44,050 bases of DNA from Vulcanimicrobiales bacterium (GCA_038215615.1 JBBQQR010000019.1:1-44050); one strand, 5' to 3'. Positions 1 through 8,797 are shown, counted from the stretch's first letter. Notes: generated by a model from the sequence alone, not told the origin. A program made the numbers and translations.

Positions 1-140
1 TCATCAAGCGGCTCTCGTCATCTTGGCGCCGCTTAGACGGGTACCAACACATCGCAGTTGCAGATCAGCAAGCTGCGTGAGATAATGCACCAACGGAGTT
101 ACGCCGCTAAACGAATTTCCCCGAACATCGGCACGACCTC
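1..140 (+). mobile_element. Right end of a probable IS256-family insertion sequence (transposase C-terminus plus terminal repeat)
   Basis: Frame 3 reads IKRLSSSWRRLDGYQHIAVADQQAA* (stop 78-80), like the 'WRRLxG' C-terminus of IS256 transposases. The segment ends ...CCCCGAACATCGGCACGACCTC at 140, where the PDZ gene loses coherence. Confidence 0.5.
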
Positions 141-638
141 CAAGCCGGGCCGCAAAAGTACAAGCCAAGCTCCGAGCACGACGAAAGAGGTATAGACGAG
201 CAGTCGTGTCAGCAAGTCCAGTGAACTAATTATTGGATACGGGCGATTGCCGGGCCGCGGATCAAGGGTAGTGAGAAACGACTTGGAGTGGCGGGTGACC
301 ACTAATCGAATGGGGTGCCCTAGCTCGTAAGCGGGCACTCCTTCATTGTAGAACACAAGGGGCACACGACACTTGAACCATCCGCCGCAGGGATCCCGTA
401 ACGGCGTATAGAGCGCGATGTCTCCGCGTCGCAACCCAGCATGCGCGGCTGGTGAACCCGGTTGTACGCTCAAAATTTGATAGCCCAAAGGATATTTCCA
501 TCTGACGGTTGCCCCCGACTGTGGTATGCGAAAAGTAACGACAATCGACGTGGACCAATAGAAGACCAGCGCGAAGCTCGCAATCGTGATAATCCCTGCG
601 GCAGACAATCTTCTAAGCGCGGAATTGCTCATCGTCAT
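141..638 (-). pseudogene. PDZ-domain membrane protein, probably truncated by the IS at 140
   Basis: N-terminal TM helix, PDZ motif SVQPGSPAAHAGLRRGD, second TM ending LVLLRPG. The ORF then reads into IS-like sequence and stops at 99. GAGGA SD upstream of ATG 638. Confidence 0.6.
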
Positions 639-708
639 TTCGCTTCCTCATCGTCAGATTGTACGTCCCTGGCAAAAAGGCAGCGTAAAAATGCGAAAGT
701 CAGGGTCT

Positions 709-3700
709 TTAGAGTTTTACTGTGAGATAGAAATAGTATGACCGGATACGGTTGGGCGTATCGGTATACGCATCCCGGCCGTGGCGCAGCTGCCCGAGGT
801 CGCCAATATTGCCATACTGCGGGAACGCGTAACCGGAGGCGTTCTGCCCTGTCAACGGCCCCGAAATCCCCGTTGCGACGGGCTGATAACTGCCGTTCAG
901 GACGGGGCCGCCGTAGAGCGCCCCAAACACATTGTACACGTCTATACCGGCAGTCCAATTTTTTGAGGCGTCATATTCGATTGCCAAATTCGTGACCGAG
1001 GACGGGTGCGAGAGTTTGCCTCCCGCAGCAGCGGTTACCGGAATGCCACGCGTAGCGACAATGTTGGGATTGAAGAACGAGCCGGGGTTCATGGGATCAA
1101 CGTACTGGTCGGCGCCGAATGAACCGAGCGACGCCACGACACCCGAAGCATTCGTGAAAGGAACGTTGTATGGCTTACCGTTAATGAAGCCGGCCGCGAT
1201 GAGGCCTGGGCTAATCGGGTAGCCGACGTTCCATTGGATTCTCGGATTGATCCTCCAGCCGCTGTGTGTTTGATACGAGAAGTCGAACGAGGCTACAAAA
1301 GGAGAGAGAAAGCCGACGCGATAGATGTTCCCCAGCAACGCGGACGGCGTGGGAATCGTGGGGAACTGAGCCTCGAAGAACCCTCCGGGTATCACACTCG
1401 TGAACTCATTCTGATAGGTGAAACTCACTTGGCCGGAGAGTCCGTAAGGTTGCTCCTTGGTGAATTGCAGCTCCAGTCCGTCGGCCAGGCTTATGCCGTG
1501 GTTGGTCGTGGTGGGTGGATTGTAGAGATACGCACCCGTTATTGGATCGGTCAGCGGAACGTCGCCGACAGATTTGATTGTGGTTACTATCGCGATCTGA
1601 TCGTGGGCCCTGCGGTACCATGGTGTTACCTTAAACTGCACGCCGTTCATCCAGCCGCGAGTGAACCGGTGCTCCCAGGAGAAATCCGCATTCGTGAATA
1701 CGACGGGACGAACCGGCATCATAGGCACCGTTCCGGCAACGAGTTGCGCATTGTCCCAATAGAGTTGTTCTGCGTAATTGGTGCATGCTTGGTCGCTCAG
1801 CGGGCCGCAGTTTGTGCCGTAGCCAGGAATGTTAAAGAACGCGCCGTTCGGTCCGCCGAAGTATCCCGGATCTGCGGTGAAATCGACAAATGAGAGGTTG
1901 ACAAACTCGACCGACCGTCCCCAGGTGGCACGCACGGAATCGTTCCCTCCCATCCGATACGAGGCTGAGAGAACGGGTTCGACAACCAGCGGCCTGTGGG
2001 TCTGACCGTTAAACTGCGGAAAAGTCGCGACGGGGCAGACTCCGTTCGGTGTTGTAACGATCGCGCCGGTGGCCGGATTCTGGTACGTCGTCTGCGTATT
2101 CGGATTTGTGCTTGGCGTGGTCAGCAGAACACCATTCGCATCGGATTGATAGGTTGGAAGATAGAGCGAGGTACAAGTTGCTGGATCGATCGCCGGCGTT
2201 GGAATTTGGTAGTTGACTCGATCGATGCGAAGGCCCGCTTCTACAATGAGCTTGTCGTTGGGGGACCACGTGTCATCAACGTAGTAGGCCCAGTCGTTAC
2301 GACGTGCTTGCGAGCTCTCGTAGGAGCCGGTGATCTTCTGGGGCGAGCTGACGCCGGGAAAACTATAGATGTATCCGCATACCGGGCTTCCCGGTCCGCC
2401 GTACTCCACGGGGCATGAAGCCTGCGGAATAAAGTCAGGCAGTTCGAAATTCGGCGAGAACTCGAGATTGAAGACGCCGAAGCTTGGATCGACTTGATCA
2501 TAAACCGGTGTGAGATATTGGTACATGACACCGGCCTTGAGCAGATTCTTGTCGCTCAGCTGTTTTGTGAGGTCTATCCGGCCACCACTGCGTTTGCCGC
2601 CCGCCCAGATGTCGAACGCATTGAATCCGGTCGCTTGGTAACCGCCTGCCTCAGCGTTGTTGAGGTATTGAACCGCATCGGTGTGAAAGAGCATCGCTTG
2701 CAAATAGGTCGAGCGATCGAGATGCCATCCGTAGCCGAGCTTCATGGTATTATTCGGCTGACTGTTCATCGCGGGTGGATGATTGCCGGCCTGGGCCAAA
2801 GTTTCGTTCGCCGTCGCCTGCCCCCGCTGTAAGCTTAACATGCTCTGCATGAGCAGAACATTTTGATACGCTGCAAACGCTGCCGGGCTAGAGCCGGGCG
2901 GAGGAGCCGTGGTGTAACCCACGCACTGCAACGCGGAAGGACAGGTTGCCGCAGTGAGCGGCGGTGCGGATAGTCCCGCAATGTTCAAGGTCGCCCGCAA
3001 AAAAAACGGATCGCAGGTTTTGAAGCAGAGGTTGAAACCCGGAGCCCCAACCGATCCGGAATCGGTCGTGTGTTGCGCTAAATTTATGAAGGCTTGGAGC
3101 TGCATGTTATTGTCGCGGCCGAATTTGTAGATGAAATTACCGACGAATTCTCGATCGCTTTGATAGTACTGAGAGAAGCACGTGCCCAGGAGCGCGCAGT
3201 TGAATGATATGCTGTTATAGGCGCTTGCGCTATCAGAGTTCGCGATCGACACGTAGCCTGAGAAATGGCCGTTGGGCAAAGCAAAGCCCCATTCCCCGTT
3301 GAAGCCATGCCGAAAAGCTGGGCCGCCGATGTTTCCTTGCAGTGTTGCGAACGCAGGATACGTGCCGCGCTTCGCGATCAAGTTAAATGTGCCGGTGCCG
3401 TAGTTATCCTGCGATGCGTTTCCTTGACCAGGCGTGAGTTGCGCGCTCTGCAGAGCAAGGCCGGGTATGGCCAGCGCGTTGGTGAATCGCGTCGTAAAAG
3501 CATCGGTGTACTGGATGCCTTCGAATTCAAGGTTCTGTTCGTACTCGCGACCACCCCGAATAACGGGATAGCCGTCTTTGTCCAGCGATCCGCCCGGCAG
3601 TGACGTAATCAGGTTCGACTCGTTGAGATTCAAGGCGTTCCCTTGAATCATTTGGATTTGGCGATCGGTAATGCTATACGTGTCAATAGACTGCAATGGC

Positions 3701-4101
3701 TGAAACGTACCGGCCGCACTGCGCGAGGTCATTTTTGCGATCGTTCGTAACGATTTCGTTAGGACCGCACTGACGGAAGTTGTCACGTCCGCGAAAACAT
3801 TTTGGCCCGGGACGAAAGCTTCGTCGTAACCCACGATGTGAAACGAAACGACGTACGTATCGGGTAGCACTCCTATGATCGAATAGAAGCCCTTGTCGTT
3901 TGTGGTCGCGGAGTAACGGCCGGTTGGCGCTACGACTGCTACGCGAACATTCGCGATCGGTGCACGCGTTACTGAATCCGTTACGATCCCGCTTAAGATC
4001 CCCGATGTTCCAGCGAACGCAGACCCATACGTCTGAGCGAGGAGAACGCACAGGACGGAAAACGCGAGAAACAAACGAGAGGAACGCTGCTTTAAATGCA
4101 A
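709..4101 (-). CDS. TonB-dependent receptor-like outer membrane protein with N-terminal carboxypeptidase-regulatory-like domain
   Basis: 1130 aa; signal peptide; GILSGIVTDSVTRAPIANVRV domain; plug-like LPGG..PVIRGG..EGI; barrel strands (AGLRIDRVNY, ATWGRSV); C-terminal YYFYLTVKL. Confidence 0.85.
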   Translation of the reverse strand: MHLKQRSSRLFLAFSVLCVLLAQTYGSAFAGTSGILSGIVTDSVTRAPIANVRVAVVAPTGRYSATTNDKGFYSIIGVLPDTYVVSFHIVGYDEAFVPGQNVFADVTTSVSAVLTKSLRTIAKMTSRSAAGTFQPLQSIDTYSITDRQIQMIQGNALNLNESNLITSLPGGSLDKDGYPVIRGGREYEQNLEFEGIQYTDAFTTRFTNALAIPGLALQSAQLTPGQGNASQDNYGTGTFNLIAKRGTYPAFATLQGNIGGPAFRHGFNGEWGFALPNGHFSGYVSIANSDSASAYNSISFNCALLGTCFSQYYQSDREFVGNFIYKFGRDNNMQLQAFINLAQHTTDSGSVGAPGFNLCFKTCDPFFLRATLNIAGLSAPPLTAATCPSALQCVGYTTAPPPGSSPAAFAAYQNVLLMQSMLSLQRGQATANETLAQAGNHPPAMNSQPNNTMKLGYGWHLDRSTYLQAMLFHTDAVQYLNNAEAGGYQATGFNAFDIWAGGKRSGGRIDLTKQLSDKNLLKAGVMYQYLTPVYDQVDPSFGVFNLEFSPNFELPDFIPQASCPVEYGGPGSPVCGYIYSFPGVSSPQKITGSYESSQARRNDWAYYVDDTWSPNDKLIVEAGLRIDRVNYQIPTPAIDPATCTSLYLPTYQSDANGVLLTTPSTNPNTQTTYQNPATGAIVTTPNGVCPVATFPQFNGQTHRPLVVEPVLSASYRMGGNDSVRATWGRSVEFVNLSFVDFTADPGYFGGPNGAFFNIPGYGTNCGPLSDQACTNYAEQLYWDNAQLVAGTVPMMPVRPVVFTNADFSWEHRFTRGWMNGVQFKVTPWYRRAHDQIAIVTTIKSVGDVPLTDPITGAYLYNPPTTTNHGISLADGLELQFTKEQPYGLSGQVSFTYQNEFTSVIPGGFFEAQFPTIPTPSALLGNIYRVGFLSPFVASFDFSYQTHSGWRINPRIQWNVGYPISPGLIAAGFINGKPYNVPFTNASGVVASLGSFGADQYVDPMNPGSFFNPNIVATRGIPVTAAAGGKLSHPSSVTNLAIEYDASKNWTAGIDVYNVFGALYGGPVLNGSYQPVATGISGPLTGQNASGYAFPQYGNIGDLGQLRHGRDAYTDTPNRIRSYYFYLTVKL

Positions 4102-4179
4102 ATGGGGCCGCCCGCATAAAACTTATTGCGCAGGCGACCCCAACTCCTTTTTAACGTTCCATACTTCTTCAAGCCGCTA

Positions 4180-5055
4180 CTACGGGCCCCAGGAGCCCTG
4201 TCGACCCTTGGGGATGACGGGACCTTGCTGACCGGTTCCGTCCGCGTTCATAACCCAGATGCCCGCCGATGTACCGCTCGTTCCGTTGGTCCAAGAGATA
4301 TGCGTCGCATCAGGCGACCAGGACGGCTCGTCATTGCTACTCGTGTTCGACGTCAGTTGTGTCAGAGTCGCTGTGAGCGGGTTGTATGAAGAGAGCTGGT
4401 AATTCTTGCCAACGGCCAAGCCGAAGAGAATGTTGCCCGGGCGCCAGACCGTGTCAATGATCGCCGCGCTGGTGAGCGCCTGATGCGCGTTCGTACCATC
4501 CGCGTTCATTATGAAGAGTTGCTGACCCGCGCCGGTGCTTTGCATGTATGCGATCTGCGTGCCGTCGGGCGAATAAGTAGGCGCTATGCCCGCGCTTGTG
4601 AGCCGCGTCCGTGCCGTACCGTCTACGTTAATTTTCCAAATTCCCGAGTCACCGTAGGCGATCGTCGTCCCGGTGGGATCGAAGGACGGCACACCGCCGG
4701 TAGCGTTGAGCTGCCTGTTGTTCGACCCGTCGGAGTTCACGACGTAGATACCGCTGTTCTGGTAAGTAATCAACGTGCCATTCGGCGAGAATTTAGGATT
4801 GACGCCGGAGACACCTAAACTGACATCGGTCCGCGTTGCCAAATTATAGATGTGAAGGGTGCCGTTCGTCCACGCGATTCTGCCCGTTAAAGACGTCGTG
4901 CCAGTCGGCGCCGGAGACGGCGTTGGCTGCTGGGAACGAGATTGAGCTTGGGCCAGTGGTTCGGGTGCGCCCGGCGCCGTCGGCGTAGCGTTCGTTACGC
5001 CGGAGCATCCGGAAAACACGAAGGCGGCGGCGGTAACTAAGGGTAGAAACCTCAT
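4180..5055 (-). CDS. TolB-like (PD40 repeat) beta-propeller lipoprotein
   Basis: Lipobox FSGC after ATG 5055; repeats PKFSPNG, PSFDPTG, PTYSPDG, PSWSPDA, IWVMNADG. Confidence 0.85.
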   Translation of the reverse strand: MRFLPLVTAAAFVFSGCSGVTNATPTAPGAPEPLAQAQSRSQQPTPSPAPTGTTSLTGRIAWTNGTLHIYNLATRTDVSLGVSGVNPKFSPNGTLITYQNSGIYVVNSDGSNNRQLNATGGVPSFDPTGTTIAYGDSGIWKINVDGTARTRLTSAGIAPTYSPDGTQIAYMQSTGAGQQLFIMNADGTNAHQALTSAAIIDTVWRPGNILFGLAVGKNYQLSSYNPLTATLTQLTSNTSSNDEPSWSPDATHISWTNGTSGTSAGIWVMNADGTGQQGPVIPKGRQGSWGP

Positions 5056-5193
5056 GTGAACCCTTCCTGCGCATATACGCAAGTTTAATGTTGCCAGTTT
5101 TTCATGATAGGGCCTGTGCCTCTCAGGACGCTTTCAGGGCTTTTTCATGGACTTGAAGCATCAACGCTAGGCCTCGGAGCTGTCCCAGTCAGT

Positions 5194-6309
5194 TCAGTGA
5201 TCGTCGCCCTCGTCTTCCATGCGTATCTGAAACACGCCAATCTGATTTGCGTTAAGCTCTGTGAACCAGATGTTTCTGTCGCTGCCAAGCGCGAGCTGGA
5301 GCGGCTGGCTGTTCGGCGTTGGTATGGAGAACAGTTTGACTTCGCCGTTCGTCTTGATCCGACCAATCTGGTTGGATTGTAAGCAAGCAAAGTACAAGTG
5401 CCCGTTCGGCGCGGCTATGGTTCCGTGTGGCTCTATGCATGTTTTGAGCGTGAATTCGGTGAACTTTCCGCTTGGCGTAAGTCTGCCGATCTTGTTCGTT
5501 TGCACTTCGCCAAACCATAAGTTGCCATCGGATCCAGTAACAATATCGTTTGGCCCTGCATTCGCGGTTGGGATATTAAACTCGGTGACAACGCCCGAAG
5601 TTGTAATCCGAGCGATGCGATTAAGGTCAAATTCAGTAAACCATAGAGCACCGTCAGGCCCGGTTGTGATGCCTATGGGGCCAGAGCCCCCGGGATCCGG
5701 CGATGGAAGTGGATATTCGGTGAATACCCCCGCCGGCGTGACTTTTCCAATCTGATTCGCTCCCGTTTCCGCGAACCAGACATTGCCATCGGGGCCGGTG
5801 GTAACTCCAAATGGCGCAGAGCCTCTGGTAGGCGTAGCAAAGAGCACGATGCTCCCGGAGGGAGTAATGCGTCCGATGAATCCGCCATTGCCTTTTTCGG
5901 CGAACCATATGTTACCGTCCGGCGCCAGCGTGAGGCGATCGGGTCTACCGTTGGGATTCGGTATCGAAAATTCCGTTACGACTCCCTGCGGCGTTATACG
6001 TCCGATGTTATTGGCTCGGCCCTCGCCGAACCAGATGTTGCCGTCGGCGCCCAATGCGTTCCTATATGGCGCGCTATTCGGAGTCAAGACCTGATATTCG
6101 GCAATCACCCGGGTCGTTTTGCCGTGCGATTGGGATTGCAAGTCTAGATCTAAGTGGCCCGAGGCGAGCTGAGCCGCGCCCGACGGTAAAAGGCTATGGG
6201 CTGTTGCGTCCGGGCCACCCGGAGTCGAGCCGACCGACGAGCCTGAGCACGACGTGAGCAGTCCCGCTGCGCCGATGAACATGAGAAGTGCGAAAAGATG
6301 AAGTCTCAT
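5194..6309 (-). CDS. Virginiamycin B lyase (Vgb)-like beta-propeller lipoprotein
   Basis: Lipobox LTSC after ATG 6309; about seven repeats of GPDGNxWFxE..NxIGRITPxG. Confidence 0.85.
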   Translation of the reverse strand: MRLHLFALLMFIGAAGLLTSCSGSSVGSTPGGPDATAHSLLPSGAAQLASGHLDLDLQSQSHGKTTRVIAEYQVLTPNSAPYRNALGADGNIWFGEGRANNIGRITPQGVVTEFSIPNPNGRPDRLTLAPDGNIWFAEKGNGGFIGRITPSGSIVLFATPTRGSAPFGVTTGPDGNVWFAETGANQIGKVTPAGVFTEYPLPSPDPGGSGPIGITTGPDGALWFTEFDLNRIARITTSGVVTEFNIPTANAGPNDIVTGSDGNLWFGEVQTNKIGRLTPSGKFTEFTLKTCIEPHGTIAAPNGHLYFACLQSNQIGRIKTNGEVKLFSIPTPNSQPLQLALGSDRNIWFTELNANQIGVFQIRMEDEGDDH

Positions 6310-6508
6310 TAAAAAATGCGATCTCCGATTGCCACCGCGGGTGGCGACTTGGGGCCTTTGATCTCCTACAAGGGGCCGCCACAGCAGCTGCCCCAGCAAA
6401 GAGTACGGGTACCGCACAAACGCAGCGTAAAAACGGCGAAATAAACCCTCCGATGGACCTACGGTCTTTTGGTGTTTGCCCGCGCGTTTCTCTCTGCGTG
6501 ATGTTCCC

Positions 6509-6582
6509 GTATTCCATTACAGCCCGGTTGGCGTAATGCGTGCGATCTGACTGGCATCGAGTTCGGTGAACCATAAATTTCC
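6509..6582 (-). pseudogene. Isolated, frameshifted Vgb-type repeat remnant
   Basis: Minus strand reads GNLWFTELDASQIARITPTG, then AVMEY after a frameshift; the same repeat as in the neighbouring Vgb-like gene. Confidence 0.7.
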
Positions 6583-6624
6583 AGCTTGCTCTTGTGAGCT
6601 TTTCGCCCGGCACGGCCTGCGCAG

Positions 6625-6648
6625 AATTTCCCCTCAAATTTCCCCTCA
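6625..6648. repeat. Perfect 12-bp tandem repeat (AATTTCCCCTCA x2), att-arm-like
   Basis: Directly visible at 6625-6636 and 6637-6648. Confidence 0.8.
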
Positions 6649-6713
6649 GACCATCGGCTTCGGACCGTAACCAGCGGTTACCGGAACGGCAGCAGTCCTA
6701 AGTAGGCGAGGCG

Positions 6714-6732
6714 TGTGGCACCGTTGTGGCAC
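6714..6732. repeat. Direct repeat TGTGGCAC x2, 11-bp period, att-arm-like
   Basis: Copies at 6714-6721 and 6725-6732. Confidence 0.6.
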
Positions 6733-7184
6733 GAGCTGGCTGATACAGGACGGTAATGGCCGTGCCATGCCAAAACTTCCGTCTTGCCGAACCACGGTTC
6801 GCGCGGCGAGTGCACACCGTAGCCCATTCACGAGGCATAGGGAAGCCTGTTCCAGACGCCGTCCGGTAACTTCTTATGCATGCAATGAATGCGTATGCAT
6901 CGACTGCCACAAGAGAATGAAATCACGGCTCGTGGGCGCGCCGTGATTGCTGTTATGTCTCTTTGAACTATCGCAAAGACTTCATTTGCGATACTTCGGG
7001 CGTCATAGCGCGTATTTCCGACACCGGAATGTGGGTAAGGCGATTTTTCCTGGGAAAGGGTCCCCTCGCGGTGCCGGTTCCGAGTGCCCGGCGCGCTGAA
7101 GTTTTTGTCATCGCTCCTCCCGCGCTTCGTGTTCAGAATATTGAAGCGAAACGTCAAGCGTTGCCGCTCCGTCGCATCTCTGAG

Positions 7185-7290
7185 GCGGATGTTGTCGAGC
7201 CATTTCGAGCGGTACTGTTAGATCGGATCGGCCAGGCGCGAAGCTTATCGGAAGCGCAAGCGCGCGATCGCTGGCTGCCGCCTACAGGGA
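7185..7290 (+). pseudogene. Possible relic of a type I R-M specificity subunit (HsdS) C-terminus
   Basis: VVEPFRAVLLDRIGQARSLSEAQARDRWLP resembles the HsdS terminal helix (..P...I.....L...RDxLLPxL). The rest of ORF 6963-7364 is not recognisable. Confidence 0.3.
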
Positions 7291-7492
7291 TCTTCGCCCG
7301 CAACCTTCAGCGAGTGGCTTCAAGAGCGGGAAGAACGGCGGCAGCGGGTCCGTCCGACCGTTGATCGCTGCGAGGTGCTAGAGCAGAAGATTCACCAAGA
7401 CCGGCAAGAGCGGGCTGTGAGCGGCGAGTTCTTGCACGCAGAACGCGAGACGCAGGATATGGAAATCAGTCGCGACCGCTGAGATACGATGC

Positions 7493-8185
7493 TTACCAGC
7501 CTGCGGGCTTCTTTACGGTCTTGCCTTGGGCATCGATGAGGACGTCGGGGAACTGTGCCGCTGCCAGATGCTCTTCCCTGATGTCGCGCGAGAATTTAGC
7601 AACCTTGCGCAACGTAATGCTTTGCTTGGCTCGCGGTGCCGATCCGGGACGCCCGCTAATGCGTTGCTGACAATTAGTCGTGCTCTGCGAATGCGGGTTG
7701 AAGACGCCAACCGGAATGTTGAACTCTTTGTTGATGATTCGCACGGGCTCAGCGAGATCGGAGTCGTTCGTAACGACGATGAGCTGGTCGCAATCGTTGC
7801 GGAAAGCATCGACAAGCATGTGCGTTGCGATGTTGACATCGGAGCCTTTCTCTTCCATCTTTACGACCTGAACTATAGAGGGGCCGCCAACGGGCGGGTT
7901 GGCAAGCCGCATGCGCGGCTTGCTTTCTAAGAAATGGCCATAGTGAACGGTAAGGCTCGGGATCGTTTCGAGCGCGCGAATGAAGAACTGCTGCCGGCTC
8001 GCCACATGGGGGTCGGCGGGCGTCGATTTTACGAGCGCTGTAAAATACCGAATCCGGTTGATGCTAAGGCCCGGGAGCACTCCTAGGCAGAGCTTCGCAA
8101 CGTCGAGCCACTTGTACGGCGTGCCCTTGACGGCACCATAGTATAGATTGAAACCGTCGACGTAGACGTTGGTGCGAATGCCCAT
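7493..8185 (-). CDS. NYN-domain (PIN/LabA-like) ribonuclease
   Basis: Motifs VYVDGFNLYYG, IRYFTA, EEKGSDVNIA, VVTNDSDL, C-terminal KPAGW; acidic catalytic residues intact; AGGAGA SD next to the ATG. Confidence 0.9.
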   Translation of the reverse strand: MGIRTNVYVDGFNLYYGAVKGTPYKWLDVAKLCLGVLPGLSINRIRYFTALVKSTPADPHVASRQQFFIRALETIPSLTVHYGHFLESKPRMRLANPPVGGPSIVQVVKMEEKGSDVNIATHMLVDAFRNDCDQLIVVTNDSDLAEPVRIINKEFNIPVGVFNPHSQSTTNCQQRISGRPGSAPRAKQSITLRKVAKFSRDIREEHLAAAQFPDVLIDAQGKTVKKPAGW

Positions 8186-8191
8186 TCTCCT

Positions 8192-8255
8192 GGAAAAAGC
8201 AAAGCCGCCTTACGGCGGCTCGCACCCTCGCTCCGAAGATTGAGGGGGGATGGCT
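8192..8255 (-). ncRNA. Putative structured leader/small RNA upstream of the NYN gene (UUCG hairpin, GUAA hairpin, U-tract)
   Basis: Minus strand: CCCUC-AA-UC(UUCG)GA-GC-GAGGG, then GAGCCGCC(GUAA)GGCGGCUU-UGCUUUUU, then SD and AUG. Confidence 0.55.
8193..8221 (-). terminator. Intrinsic terminator between promoter and NYN ORF
   Basis: 8-bp GC-rich stem (8202-8221) with GUAA loop, followed by UGCUUUUU. Confidence 0.65.
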
Positions 8256-8257
8256 AC

Positions 8258-8266
8258 ATCATAGCA
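8258..8266 (-). promoter_or_regulatory. Extended -10 promoter (TGcTATGAT)
   Basis: TGn plus TATGAT a few nt upstream of the first hairpin. Confidence 0.5.
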
Positions 8267-8292
8267 CTCCCGTCAAGATTATTCGACTGGTC

Positions 8293-8363
8293 CATCCGCC
8301 CCGCAAATGCGCTTGGCCTCCGGACGACCAATCTGCGATGGTCGCGCATTCGCGGGGCGGATG
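8293..8363. repeat. 20-bp-arm inverted repeat
   Basis: CATCCGCCCCGCAAATGCGC (8293-8312) and GCGCATTCGCGGGGCGGATG (8344-8363); one mismatch, which is a G-U pair on the minus strand. Confidence 0.8.
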
Positions 8364-8566
8364 CGAGTCCCCTTTATTCTGCGAATTCCCCCAGATAGCG
8401 TCTAAGAGCCCTAATTTAATCGGCAGACACCCTGGCCGTCGATCTTTCCGAGCAACGAAGTCTCTTTGCGCCGGGCGCTTGGCAAGGGTGGTAGTCTGGA
8501 ATGCTTGGCCGGCCAGCCCTTGCCGAGGCGGGCTGACTATCTTCCCTTGAGGAACAAGCGAGCCAG

Positions 8567-8797
8567 ATGAGTCGTCTTGAAGACTTGAAAGAGAATGCCG
8601 CCGTCAGTGGGATTTCACCCAGTGGTCTCGTCACAGTGGTCGGCACGAAGTGGCACGGGTCCGCGGCTCTAGAGCTGACATACAAAAGCGCGGAGGGCAA
8701 GCTCGCCAACGAGCTGCTCTATCGCGACGACGAGCCTCGCTTTGAAGTGGTTGAAGAAGGGCGCCCATGGGGCATTGGCTTTAACCTTGCACTCTAG
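8567..8797 (+). pseudogene. N-terminal fragment of an SNF2-type helicase of DUF499/DUF1156-associated restriction-like defence operons
   Basis: RLEDL..NAAV.GI.P..LVTVV...WHGS.ALELTYK...GKLANELLYRDDEPRFEVVEEGRPW matches the recalled N-terminus of these large helicases; similarity stops at GRPW. GAGGA SD present. Confidence 0.65.

Noticed and set aside
99..140. ORF ending ..EIRLAA*, like a tmRNA tag
   Set aside because: No tRNA-like ends of tmRNA nearby; better explained as read-through into an IS end.
5194..6309. Streptogramin resistance gene (vgb)
   Set aside because: Exported lipoprotein with only the repeat fold; lyase activity cannot be supported from sequence.
6753..6768. Sigma54-like TGGCACG-N4-TTAC on the minus strand (also TGGCAC near 9162)
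   Set aside because: The invariant GC at -12 is missing.
8271..8276. TTGACG as -35 of the NYN promoter (similarly TTGACC at 15593)
   Set aside because: Only 7-8 nt from the -10 hexamer, incompatible with sigma70 spacing.
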